The notes below the pieces were generated by a model. That model was not told where the DNA came from and searched no databases. It saw only the letters and a program-made list of their open reading frames with translations. The position numbers were made by a program, and so were the translations under genes. From Anaerolineae bacterium (GTDB lineage: Bacteria > Chloroflexota > Anaerolineae > 4572-78 > J111), in the NCBI GenBank assembly GCA_016926805.1, contig JAFGNV010000181.1:14492-78491 (forward strand): DNA of 64,000 nucleotides, read 5' to 3'. Shown piece after piece: positions 1 to 7,742 of the stretch; position 1 is the first letter of the stretch, and the number at the start of each line of letters is the position of its first letter.

Positions 1-1395
1 GGCCCACTGCAAATCGTCCAACACCAACAGCAGCGAACTCCGGCGGGCCAGAGTCTCCAGCACCCGGCTGTACTGCTCGAACAGGGCGCTTTGCTGCAAG
101 CTGGGGTCGGGAGGAGAGGCCGTTTTGCGCCCTACGAGTTCCTGCAATTGGGGTAGCCAGTCTGTCTCGCCGGGCGCAACAGTTGCCGCCCGCTTGAGCA
201 GGGCTGCGCCGGGCACAAAGAGGTCAATCAGATCGGGACCTGTCTCCACCAACGCTGGCGCGGCCAGGGGCAGGGTTTGCCACAGGCGGCGGGCCTGATC
301 TTGGCTCATCGCGCCTGCGGCCCAACGGGTTTGGACGTCGCCGGTCAGCAGGCCCAGTATCTCGCGGAAGGGCAGGTAGGGATCGCCGAGGCCGGTGTGG
401 GCGTTGCCGCTGCCTCCGGCCACGACCAGGTCTGCATAGGTTTCCTGAGCGCGGCGGACAAATTCCTGGATCAGGGCTGTCTTGCCCTGACCGGCATTGC
501 CGGTGACAAAAACCACCTGTCCCTGCCCGGCCAGAGCTTTGTCTAAAAATTCATCCAGTTGAGCCAATTCCGCCTGCCGGGCCACAAAAACAGGTCTGGC
601 GAGTGGTTCTTCTTTATCTAACAGAAAGGCAGGCAGGGGGAAGGGGTCAGGGGGTGCAACAGGGATTTCCAACTGACCGTCGCGAATCTGCTCGTACAAC
701 CTAGTTGTTTCAGCGGCCGGCGCAACGTCCAGTTCTTCGGCCAGAATGTGGCAGCATGTTTCGTACTGGGCCAGGGCGGCGCTCCGCTGGTCGGTGTAGG
801 CCAGCAACCGCATCATTTGGCGATGCGTTTCTTCTCGCCAGGGTTCGACGTCCAGCAGTCGTTGGGCATAGCGCAGACCTTGCTCGTATTCGCCGCGTTC
901 GCTGTGTTGCCTGACCAGTTGGGCCAGCACGCGGGCGACCCGCCGGCGCCATCGTTCTCGTTCCTTGACCAGCCAGAGTTCGAATTCGACGCAGCCGTCC
1001 AGAGAAAGGCCCTCCAGGAATTCTCCCCGGTATAGTTCCACGGTTGCCGCCAGGGCAGTCATTCCACCCTGCGCTTCCAGTTCGGCAAAAACGTCTATGT
1101 CCAGCCGGTATGGGCTGGCCCGTTGGAATTGAACGGTGTGGCGCTCGGTTTGCAGGCAAGCGGGCAACTGCGAGGAGATGTGGTTCAAGGCCCAACTCAG
1201 GTTGGCCCGGCCCCGCGCTTCTGTTATACCCTCCCAGAACAGATCTACCAGGCCCTCGCGGGAAACAGGCTGTTTTTGCGCGGCCAGGTAGCCCAGCAGG
1301 GCCAGGGCCTTGCGGGATCTGAAGCCGCGCACCGGTTTTCCTTCCCGCTCTACTTGTACCGGTCCCAAAAATCGCAGGTAAACGATGCCCTCCAT
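1..1395 (-). CDS. AfsR-like regulator: SARP (OmpR-type wHTH + BTAD) fused to a P-loop STAND ATPase; N-terminal 465 codons only, ORF leaves the window at position 1
   Basis: Absent from the ORF track because there is no in-window stop. Minus-strand translation from ATG 1395-1393 gives MEGIVYLRFLGPVQVEREGKPVRGFRSRKALALLGYLAAQKQPVSREGLVDLFW. A BTAD-type segment follows: LYRGEFLEGLSLDGCVEFELWLVKERERWRR...LLDVEPWREETHRQMMRLLAYTDQRSAALAQYETCCHILAEELDVAPAAETTRLYEQI. Then comes Walker A FVTGNAGQGKTAL, and LLLVLDDLQWA sits at the window edge. Track ORFs between 277 and 1482 on both strands are wrong frames of this gene. Confidence 0.85.
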   Translation of the reverse strand, partial: MEGIVYLRFLGPVQVEREGKPVRGFRSRKALALLGYLAAQKQPVSREGLVDLFWEGITEARGRANLSWALNHISSQLPACLQTERHTVQFQRASPYRLDIDVFAELEAQGGMTALAATVELYRGEFLEGLSLDGCVEFELWLVKERERWRRRVARVLAQLVRQHSERGEYEQGLRYAQRLLDVEPWREETHRQMMRLLAYTDQRSAALAQYETCCHILAEELDVAPAAETTRLYEQIRDGQLEIPVAPPDPFPLPAFLLDKEEPLARPVFVARQAELAQLDEFLDKALAGQGQVVFVTGNAGQGKTALIQEFVRRAQETYADLVVAGGSGNAHTGLGDPYLPFREILGLLTGDVQTRWAAGAMSQDQARRLWQTLPLAAPALVETGPDLIDLFVPGAALLKRAATVAPGETDWLPQLQELVGRKTASPPDPSLQQSALFEQYSRVLETLARRSSLLLVLDDLQWA

Positions 1396-1426
1396 GCCCA
1401 ATTCCTTCCAGGTTCATCAAACCCAT

Positions 1427-1470
1427 TGTCAAAGAGTTATCAAAGAGTTGTCAAAGCGTTATCGGTTAGA
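1427..1470. promoter_or_regulatory. Phased 11-bp direct repeats (3 good + 1 degenerate unit) in the divergent intergenic region
   Basis: Units read directly: TGTCAAAGAGT (1427), TATCAAAGAGT (1438), TGTCAAAGCGT (1449), TATCGGTTAGA (1460). A -10-like TAGACT lies at 1467-1472 on the plus strand. On the minus strand the units read TTGACA/TTGATA/TTGACA, 32-70 nt upstream of the regulator ATG (1395). Confidence 0.5.
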
Positions 1471-1568
1471 CTATTGGGGTAGCCAAACAGTCTGGCCGCA
1501 TCTATACCTCATTATAACAGAAGATGAGTCTGATGAAAATAACAAAAAAGTCTCAAGGGGAAATAGTA

Positions 1569-1781
1569 ATGCAAGAGGAGAAGAATCCGTTGTCTCGCGC
1601 CTACTTGCTGCGTTGCTGGCAAGAGGAAGAAGTGAAGCCGGGGCAAGCACCCCGCTGGCGTTTTCGGGTAGAGGAGGTTTTGCCCGGCCAACGCCAAATG
1701 GGGTTTGGCAGTTTAGAGGCCCTGATAACTTTTTTGCGGGCCGAGTTAGGCGATGGTGAGGCGGAGGTGCGTAGGGCGTAG
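1569..1781 (+). CDS. Small (70 aa) hypothetical protein
   Basis: Track ORF 1524-1781 trimmed to ATG 1569, which has GGGGA about 8 nt upstream. Sequence: MQEEKNPLSRAYLLRCWQEEEVKPGQAPRWRFRVEEVLPGQRQMGFGSLEALITFLRAEL. The pattern LLR.WQ..WRF.vE..GF.sLEAL..FL looks to me like a recurrent small-protein family of unknown function (from memory only). Confidence 0.5.
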   Translation: MQEEKNPLSRAYLLRCWQEEEVKPGQAPRWRFRVEEVLPGQRQMGFGSLEALITFLRAELGDGEAEVRRA

Positions 1782-1857
1782 GGCAAACAACGCTGTGGGG
1801 ACTCTTCGCTCCCTCTGAAGTAAATAATTAATCTTCATTAGTTGCAGGAGGAACAAA

Positions 1858-3591
1858 ATGAAACACAAAAACTTATTGAAACTATTTTTAATTTGGGTAA
1901 CGGCCCTGGCCGCAACGATGGCTTTGCTATTCCCGCTGCGCGGGCCAACGCCGGCCATTGCCAACCCCGGCACTCACTGCGTTACGCCTACGGGCAACTG
2001 TAGCGGCTATGGCCCGTGCTGGTCCGCCTTCGGTTACTGTCATACCACCATCCAGGCTGCCGTTGACGCCGCCGACCCCGGCGACGATATCCGGGTGCGG
2101 CAGGGAACCTACACCGGTGTTCATCTCCAGGGCGGGGCGAGGCAGGTGATCTACATCAGCAAAACGGTCACCATCCGGGGGGGCTACGATAACGGCTTCC
2201 AACAATCCTTCCCCCTCACCCAGCCGACGGTGGTGGACGCTCAAGGGAACGGGCGGGGTATCTACATTGACGGCAGCAGCGGCAACATCACCCCCACCAT
2301 CGAAGGGCTGTGGGTTACGGGCGGCAATGCTTCCAACGCCCTTATTAACAATGGCCGGGGCGGCGGTATCTATAGCGATGATGCTACCCCCATCATTGCC
2401 GGCAATATCATCAGCAACAATGTAGCTTATACCGGCACCGGCCCTTCTTTATATGGCGGTGGTGGCATTTATGTGGCGTATCCGTCAGGCGTGACGGTCA
2501 TTTCGGGCAACCAGGTGATTTCCAACGTCGCCAACACATCCTACTTTGGCTGGGGCGGCGGAATCTTTATGCGTAATGCGCCTGCGGTACAGGTAATTAA
2601 CAATGTTGTGCTCAGCAACACGGCTGCCATTACCGGCGGCGAGGGCTATGGCGGCGGCATTGCCCTGCGCGACTCCGCAGGGATTATCATTGATGGCAAC
2701 CGGGTTGAGCACAACGTGGCCTCGCCCGGGCTGTCTCCCTGGCTTGGAGCCGAGGGAGGCGGTATCCATTGTGATAATAGCAACAATACTGTGCTTAGCG
2801 GCAACATTGTGCGGTACAATACCGCCGGTGTCCTGGCCAATGGTCAAGGTGGTGGAATAAAAACTTCGGCCTGCCACAGCCTGACGGTTGTCAGCAATAC
2901 AATCCAGGGTAATGTCGGTTCTGCCGGTACACCGGCAGGTAACGGCTATGGCGGCGGCCTAGATGTTGGGGGCCAAGATATAACCATCAACGCCAACCGG
3001 GTACTCAGCAATACCGCCAGCCTCTATACAAGCTGGGGATGGGGGGGTGGTTTCCACGTGATGCGCAATACTAACTTTACTATGACCAACAACATCGTGG
3101 CCGGTAACGTTGCCAGCTACCAGGGCGGCGGGATGGACTTTGAGACCGACTCCTCTAATCCGGTTACCGGCACGCTGTTGCACAACACCTTTGCCGCCAA
3201 CAACCAGGGTTCCGGCGAGGGCCGCAGCGCGATCCACGTCAACGATCCCTACGTGAGCCTGGTGCTGACCAACAACCTGATTTACAGCCACACCTACGGC
3301 ATCATTGTGGTTAGCGGTAGCATTGCCAGTCTCTACCACACCCTTTTTTACGCCAACGATACCGACACCAGTGGGGCAAGTATTGTCAACACCAATCCTA
3401 TTACGGGGCAAGACCCGCTGTTGGACGGAACATATCACCTGCAAGCCGACTCCCCGGCCATTGATGCCGGGGTCAATGCGGGCGTGATCACCGACATCGA
3501 CGGCGAGTCGCGAGATTCTTCCCCCGACATCGGCGCAGACGAACGGGCCGGGGCAGGCATTTACCTGCCCGTTGTTTTGAAAAATCAGTGA
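1858..3591 (+). CDS. Secreted right-handed parallel beta-helix repeat protein (choice-of-anchor-Q-like C-terminal region)
   Basis: AGGAGG lies upstream of the ATG. Signal peptide MKHKNLLKLFLIWVTALAATMALLF..AIA. Many G/N-rich ~22-25 aa repeats (GGGIY, NN.I.GN.A). C-terminal DPLLDGTYHLQADSPAIDAG..DIDGESRD..PDIGADE. Ends IYLPVVLKNQ. Confidence 0.85.
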   Translation: MKHKNLLKLFLIWVTALAATMALLFPLRGPTPAIANPGTHCVTPTGNCSGYGPCWSAFGYCHTTIQAAVDAADPGDDIRVRQGTYTGVHLQGGARQVIYISKTVTIRGGYDNGFQQSFPLTQPTVVDAQGNGRGIYIDGSSGNITPTIEGLWVTGGNASNALINNGRGGGIYSDDATPIIAGNIISNNVAYTGTGPSLYGGGGIYVAYPSGVTVISGNQVISNVANTSYFGWGGGIFMRNAPAVQVINNVVLSNTAAITGGEGYGGGIALRDSAGIIIDGNRVEHNVASPGLSPWLGAEGGGIHCDNSNNTVLSGNIVRYNTAGVLANGQGGGIKTSACHSLTVVSNTIQGNVGSAGTPAGNGYGGGLDVGGQDITINANRVLSNTASLYTSWGWGGGFHVMRNTNFTMTNNIVAGNVASYQGGGMDFETDSSNPVTGTLLHNTFAANNQGSGEGRSAIHVNDPYVSLVLTNNLIYSHTYGIIVVSGSIASLYHTLFYANDTDTSGASIVNTNPITGQDPLLDGTYHLQADSPAIDAGVNAGVITDIDGESRDSSPDIGADERAGAGIYLPVVLKNQ

Positions 3592-3642
3592 CTCTTTTTG
3601 GGGGTAATTAGGTATCGGTATCTTCTCAATAAATAATTCGTG

Positions 3643-3700
3643 GTAGGGGCATGGCCTTGTGCCTGCCCGTAACTGGGCGACCACAAGGGTGCACCCCTAC
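3643..3700. repeat. 58-nt imperfect nested palindrome (REP-like stem-loop): GTAGGGG..CCTTGTG..GCCC-gtaact-GGGC..CACAAGG..CCCCTAC
   Basis: Arms pair by eye: GTAGGGG (3643-3649) with CCCCTAC (3694-3700), CCTTGTG with CACAAGG, GCCC with GGGC. It lies in the 161-nt gap between two co-oriented genes. Single copy in this window. Confidence 0.6.
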
Positions 3701-3752
3701 ATATTGAGAGGATACGGTAATTGTTGATTAATATTAAAGAAGGGGCAAAGCA

Positions 3753-6005
3753 ATGAAGTGTAAACCTATTATCACCAGCTTAACTATTGCGGTTGTTCTG
3801 ATGTTTCTGGGCATAGGTGTTGTAGCGGCCCAAGAACCGACAGAAGAACTGCGCGTAGGGGCCGAAGCCGTGGCTAGACGCACCGCAACGAGCAAACACG
3901 TCTACCTGGGCCACGGGCGATACCAGGCCCAGATTGGCTCCGCCCCGATTCACTACCGCGATGCCCAGGGAAAATGGCAGGAGATAGACACCACGCTGCG
4001 CCCGCAGAACAAGGGCGGCTATGCGGTGGAAACCAACGGCTTAAAGACCTATCTACCGTTGCACAGTGGCGGCCTGGCCAGCGTGGCCGGCCGGGTCTAT
4101 CTCTACGAGGCTGAAAGTGGAGCGCTGTGGGGGGCAACAGATAAAACCCTGCCGCCGGTAGATGTTTCCCTGAGTTGGGTGCCGGTAGCCTGGCGTTACG
4201 CCGACGCAGCCGGGCACCTGGATAACCTGGCGGCGATACAGCCGGTGGCCGGGCAGGCACAAGGGGATACCCTCACTTACCAGGACGTTATGCCCGGGGT
4301 GAACGAATTGTACCGGGTTATTCCCAACGGTTTGCAGCACCAACTAACTCTATTGAGTCCGCCTCGCGCTCCGGCTGGTGGGTTGAGTGGGGAGATTATG
4401 CTGGACTATGTGATGGCCCTGGAGCTGCCGGACGGATTGTCTCTCTATGCCAACGGCGCAGTGCAGCCAGGAAACTTTACAACCGGCGACGCTATTGAGG
4501 TGCGGGATAGCCAGGGCCACCCGTTGCTGATGCTGAAGGCGCCGCTGGCCTACGAAGCCGGGAATCGTCGGGAGATGGCCAGGGGGAGTTACGCAGTATG
4601 GCGAGAGGGAAATAGCCTGCGGCTGGCCTGGCGCACTCCGGCAGCCTGGCTGCTGGCCCCGGAACGACATTATCCCCTCGTACTTGATCCCACCGCCATT
4701 TTTACGGCACCTTACGACGACACCTCCTTCTCCGTCGTCTCTGGGCCGGGGGGCCTTTCTCCTGAACTTTGGGTTGGCGGGGGCTACAGAACGCTGCTGA
4801 ACTGGTGGGACTGGTGGGGGGCGCCGTCTTGGCCTATCCCGGCTTACGCCCTATTAGATGACGATTCTGATGACGATGGCCGGGTTCAGCTCTATCTGGC
4901 AGATCACTGGGGCGACGGCAGCAGCCAGTTTGTGGAAATGTACAGAATAAGCACCCCTTGGGACATTGAAGCCACGTACAGCCAAGCTACCGGCTCTACT
5001 TGGTGGGACACACCCGGCGGCGATTATGATGAGCTGGTGGCGCTGGGCTGGGTCAATAGTACCCCCGGCTACAAAACGTTTGGCAGTATCGACGTGCGAG
5101 ACACGGTGGCGCTGTGGCGTACTTATCTCATGGTCTATCCGCCCCTCACCTACGGTCACTATCCTGCCGGCTTTCTTCTAAAGTATCAGACGGAAACGGG
5201 GGCTGAGATAAAACAATTTGCTTCCCAACAAACCGCAATCCCTGACGCCAATCCACTGCTGATCGTTAATTACACCGATGGGCCGCGAGCGCTGAGTAAC
5301 CAGTCGCCTGTCCGGCGACGGGTACCGTCGCCGGATTATTATGCCACCCCCGCTTATTCCCTGTGGTGGGCGGTGGGCACCCGGATGAGTGGCGGCAAGC
5401 TTAACTATAACCTGGATCTGCATACATCTTCAACATACCACCTCAACTCGAAACAGGAAAGCTCATCCCCCGGTTCGGGAAACGTCAGCTTTATCGTGGT
5501 CAACCAGGATGCCCCCGCGAACCCGCACTACCCCCTTGTCTACTTCGCCGACTCTTACACGAGCGAATTCTTTTACACAGGCGACTACCGGATTGAATAT
5601 ACCCAACGGACGAGCTATTTTGGCAGCGGCATAGACCCCGACGACTCGTATGGGCCATATACGATGGATACCGACAGCGTCATTCGCATCTGGTCTATCT
5701 ATGAAACGGCAGAGAGTTATAACTGTATTTCCGTAGTCCCTACCAGCGGCGATGCCCGGCTGGGGGTAGCCGTCTTTGGGCCTGACGACGACTACTACAA
5801 CCGCGACGACGCCTTAGCCAATGCAGTCGCTTCCGGCGGGGGAGACAGCGTGTCAATTGACTATATCGCGCCTTCTACCGGGGTGTACGGGCTGGTGGTT
5901 TGGAATGAGGGCATGAGCGGTTCCACGACATTTAACATTGAAGGGTGTACGAGTGCGGCTGATGATACAGGTGTCTTTTTGCCCATTGTTGTGAAGAATC
6001 GCTAA
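3753..6005 (+). CDS. Secreted 750-aa protein of unknown function (possible DNRLRE-like and pre-peptidase-C-terminal-like regions)
   Basis: Signal peptide MKCKPIITSLTIAVVLMFLGIGVVAAQE. W/Y-rich middle region (LNWWDWWGAPSWP; FVEMYRISTPWDIEATYSQATGSTWWDTPGGDYD). Ends VFLPIVVKNR, the same tail type as the preceding gene. Confidence 0.75.
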   Translation: MKCKPIITSLTIAVVLMFLGIGVVAAQEPTEELRVGAEAVARRTATSKHVYLGHGRYQAQIGSAPIHYRDAQGKWQEIDTTLRPQNKGGYAVETNGLKTYLPLHSGGLASVAGRVYLYEAESGALWGATDKTLPPVDVSLSWVPVAWRYADAAGHLDNLAAIQPVAGQAQGDTLTYQDVMPGVNELYRVIPNGLQHQLTLLSPPRAPAGGLSGEIMLDYVMALELPDGLSLYANGAVQPGNFTTGDAIEVRDSQGHPLLMLKAPLAYEAGNRREMARGSYAVWREGNSLRLAWRTPAAWLLAPERHYPLVLDPTAIFTAPYDDTSFSVVSGPGGLSPELWVGGGYRTLLNWWDWWGAPSWPIPAYALLDDDSDDDGRVQLYLADHWGDGSSQFVEMYRISTPWDIEATYSQATGSTWWDTPGGDYDELVALGWVNSTPGYKTFGSIDVRDTVALWRTYLMVYPPLTYGHYPAGFLLKYQTETGAEIKQFASQQTAIPDANPLLIVNYTDGPRALSNQSPVRRRVPSPDYYATPAYSLWWAVGTRMSGGKLNYNLDLHTSSTYHLNSKQESSSPGSGNVSFIVVNQDAPANPHYPLVYFADSYTSEFFYTGDYRIEYTQRTSYFGSGIDPDDSYGPYTMDTDSVIRIWSIYETAESYNCISVVPTSGDARLGVAVFGPDDDYYNRDDALANAVASGGGDSVSIDYIAPSTGVYGLVVWNEGMSGSTTFNIEGCTSAADDTGVFLPIVVKNR

Positions 6006-6117
6006 GTTGTCACTGCGAGTCTGGTGAAATACTCCCTGCTCCCTGAGGCATTGTACTATTGTTCAGTCCTGTGTTAACATAGAATTGGAATAATCCTCAT
6101 TGATAAGGAGGCAAAAA

Positions 6118-7692
6118 ATGAATACACCATATTTGTTTCGAAGATGGGGCCTGCTCTTGCTCCTTTGCGTTTTGGCGGCGGGGCTGGTTTCCTGTGCGGA
6201 GGAGGTGGAGAGCGGTCCCCGGGCCTGGATTGATTTCCCCCGGAACGGGTTCAGCGTGCCCACCGGCGACTCTGTGTCCGTGATGTCCCACGCCTACGCG
6301 CGGGAGGGTGTGGCCGAGGTGTTGCTTTTGGTGAACGGGGAAGCCTACCGGCGCGATCCCCCGGTGCAACCGGGAGCTTCCTTCAGCAAGGTCACGCAAG
6401 AATGGCGCCCGGAGAAAGAGGGCCGCTATACCCTGGAAGTGGTAACCTACGACACAGCCGGTGAAGCCAGCAAACCGGCTAAGGTCATGGTCAGGGTGGG
6501 GGGCGAGATTGCGCTAAAACCTACCGAAGAGCCTACGGCAGAGCCAATCGAGGAGCCTATCGTAGAAGAACCCACCGAAGAACCTGTGGCAGAGCCGACC
6601 GAAGAGCCTACGCTAGAGCCAACTGAAGAACCAACCGAGGAACCTGCGGCAGAGCCAACTGAGGAGCCAGCACTACCGCCCCAGGTGAGTTTCACCGCCG
6701 ACGACCTTTCCCTGGAGCAGGGGGAGTGCACCACGCTCCGCTGGGAAGTGGAGAACGCCACGACTGTTTTGTTGGACAACGAGGTCGTTGCCGAACGCGG
6801 CAGCCAGCAGGTTTGCCCTGCAAGCACGAGCACCTACAACCTGCAAGTGGAAGCGCCCGGCGGCAATGTGGATAGGAGCCTGACCATCAACGTGGCAGCC
6901 CCACCCCCGCCGCCCGCGGTGAGCCTTCAGCCGGAGGGCCAGGTAACCATCGAGCAGGGAGAGTGTCTCACCGTCCGCTGGGATGTGGAGAACGCAACCG
7001 CCGTCTATATTAACGGTCAGGACGTGGCAGGGCACGGCAGCCAGCAGGTCTGCCCCACCAGCACAACCACCTATAACCTGCACGTAGAAGCGCCCGGCGG
7101 CAATGTAGATAAAAGCCTGACCATCAATGTGGCAGCCCCGCCCCCGCCGCCCACGGTGAGTCTCCAGCCGGAGGGCCAGGTAACCATCGAGCAGGGGGAG
7201 TGTCTCACCATCCGCTGGGATGTGGAGAACGCAACCGCCGTCTACATCAATGATCAAGGCGTGACAGGACACGGCAGCCAGCAGGTTTGCCCCAAAAGTA
7301 CAACCACCTACAACCTGCACGTGGAAGCGCCGGGCGGCAATGTAGACAAAAGTCTGACCATCAATGTGGAAATTCCGGTCGACACTACGCCGCCGCCAGT
7401 GCCGACGCCGCTCAAACCGCAAGGTAATCTCCCGGACTGCTTTGCCGACGTTATGCTGCGCTGGAGCGCGGTGAGCGACGAAAGCGGCATCGCCGGTTAC
7501 TACATCAAGCGAGAGATGAAAGTGAAACAGGATTGGCAGACAGCGGGCGGCTGGGGACCGGTAAGTGGTGAGGAGTATAAAGTGGAGGTAGAGTGCGGCC
7601 CCTACTACCGCTGGAGAGTACGCGCCCAAGATGGCGCCGGCAACTATAGCGATTGGTCTTCGTGGCTCGAGTTCTCGCTCCCCATGGATTAA
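6118..7692 (+). CDS. Lipoprotein with EPT-rich linker, three tandem Ig-like repeats and a C-terminal FN3-like domain
   Basis: The track ORF starts at TTG 6100, just upstream of AAGGAGG (6105-6111), so ATG 6118 is preferred. Lipobox LLCVLAAGLVS-C. Linker (EEPT/AEPT)n. Three 78-79 aa repeats: EQGEC.T.RW.VENAT.V...V.GHGSQQVCP.ST.TYNL.VEAPGGNVD.SLTINV, separated by PPPPP spacers. Confidence 0.8.
   Translation: MNTPYLFRRWGLLLLLCVLAAGLVSCAEEVESGPRAWIDFPRNGFSVPTGDSVSVMSHAYAREGVAEVLLLVNGEAYRRDPPVQPGASFSKVTQEWRPEKEGRYTLEVVTYDTAGEASKPAKVMVRVGGEIALKPTEEPTAEPIEEPIVEEPTEEPVAEPTEEPTLEPTEEPTEEPAAEPTEEPALPPQVSFTADDLSLEQGECTTLRWEVENATTVLLDNEVVAERGSQQVCPASTSTYNLQVEAPGGNVDRSLTINVAAPPPPPAVSLQPEGQVTIEQGECLTVRWDVENATAVYINGQDVAGHGSQQVCPTSTTTYNLHVEAPGGNVDKSLTINVAAPPPPPTVSLQPEGQVTIEQGECLTIRWDVENATAVYINDQGVTGHGSQQVCPKSTTTYNLHVEAPGGNVDKSLTINVEIPVDTTPPPVPTPLKPQGNLPDCFADVMLRWSAVSDESGIAGYYIKREMKVKQDWQTAGGWGPVSGEEYKVEVECGPYYRWRVRAQDGAGNYSDWSSWLEFSLPMD
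6676..7368 (+). repeat. Intragenic tandem repeat, 3 units of 234-237 bp (coding Ig-like modules)
   Basis: Unit 2 (6901-7137) and unit 3 (7138-7374) differ at 27 of 237 nt by my hand alignment; 16 of the 24 changed codons are synonymous. Unit 1 (about 6676-6900) is more diverged. Confidence 0.85.
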
Positions 7693-7742
7693 GATGGGGT
7701 AGCAGACAATTGCCACCAGAGAAAAAATAGGAGGTTTGCCCA

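Noticed and set aside
277-1482. Multiple track ORFs on both strands (e.g. 710-1432 minus, 240 aa; 748-1035, 1044-1322 and 1123-1482 plus)
   Set aside because: They are Arg/Pro/Gly-rich wrong-frame or antisense readings of the SARP-ATPase gene (1-1395, minus). That gene's frame gives clean wHTH, BTAD and Walker motifs.
2959-3684. 241-aa antisense ORF across the 3' end of the beta-helix gene
   Set aside because: It is antisense to a well-supported repeat-rich gene. Its N-terminus (MVAQLRAGTRPCPY) is just the translation of the intergenic palindrome at 3643-3700.
6901-7374. Whether the two ~89% identical 237-bp units are a DGR template/variable repeat pair
   Set aside because: The mismatches go in all directions and are mostly synonymous third positions, not adenine-specific. 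No reverse transcriptase or accessory gene is in the window.
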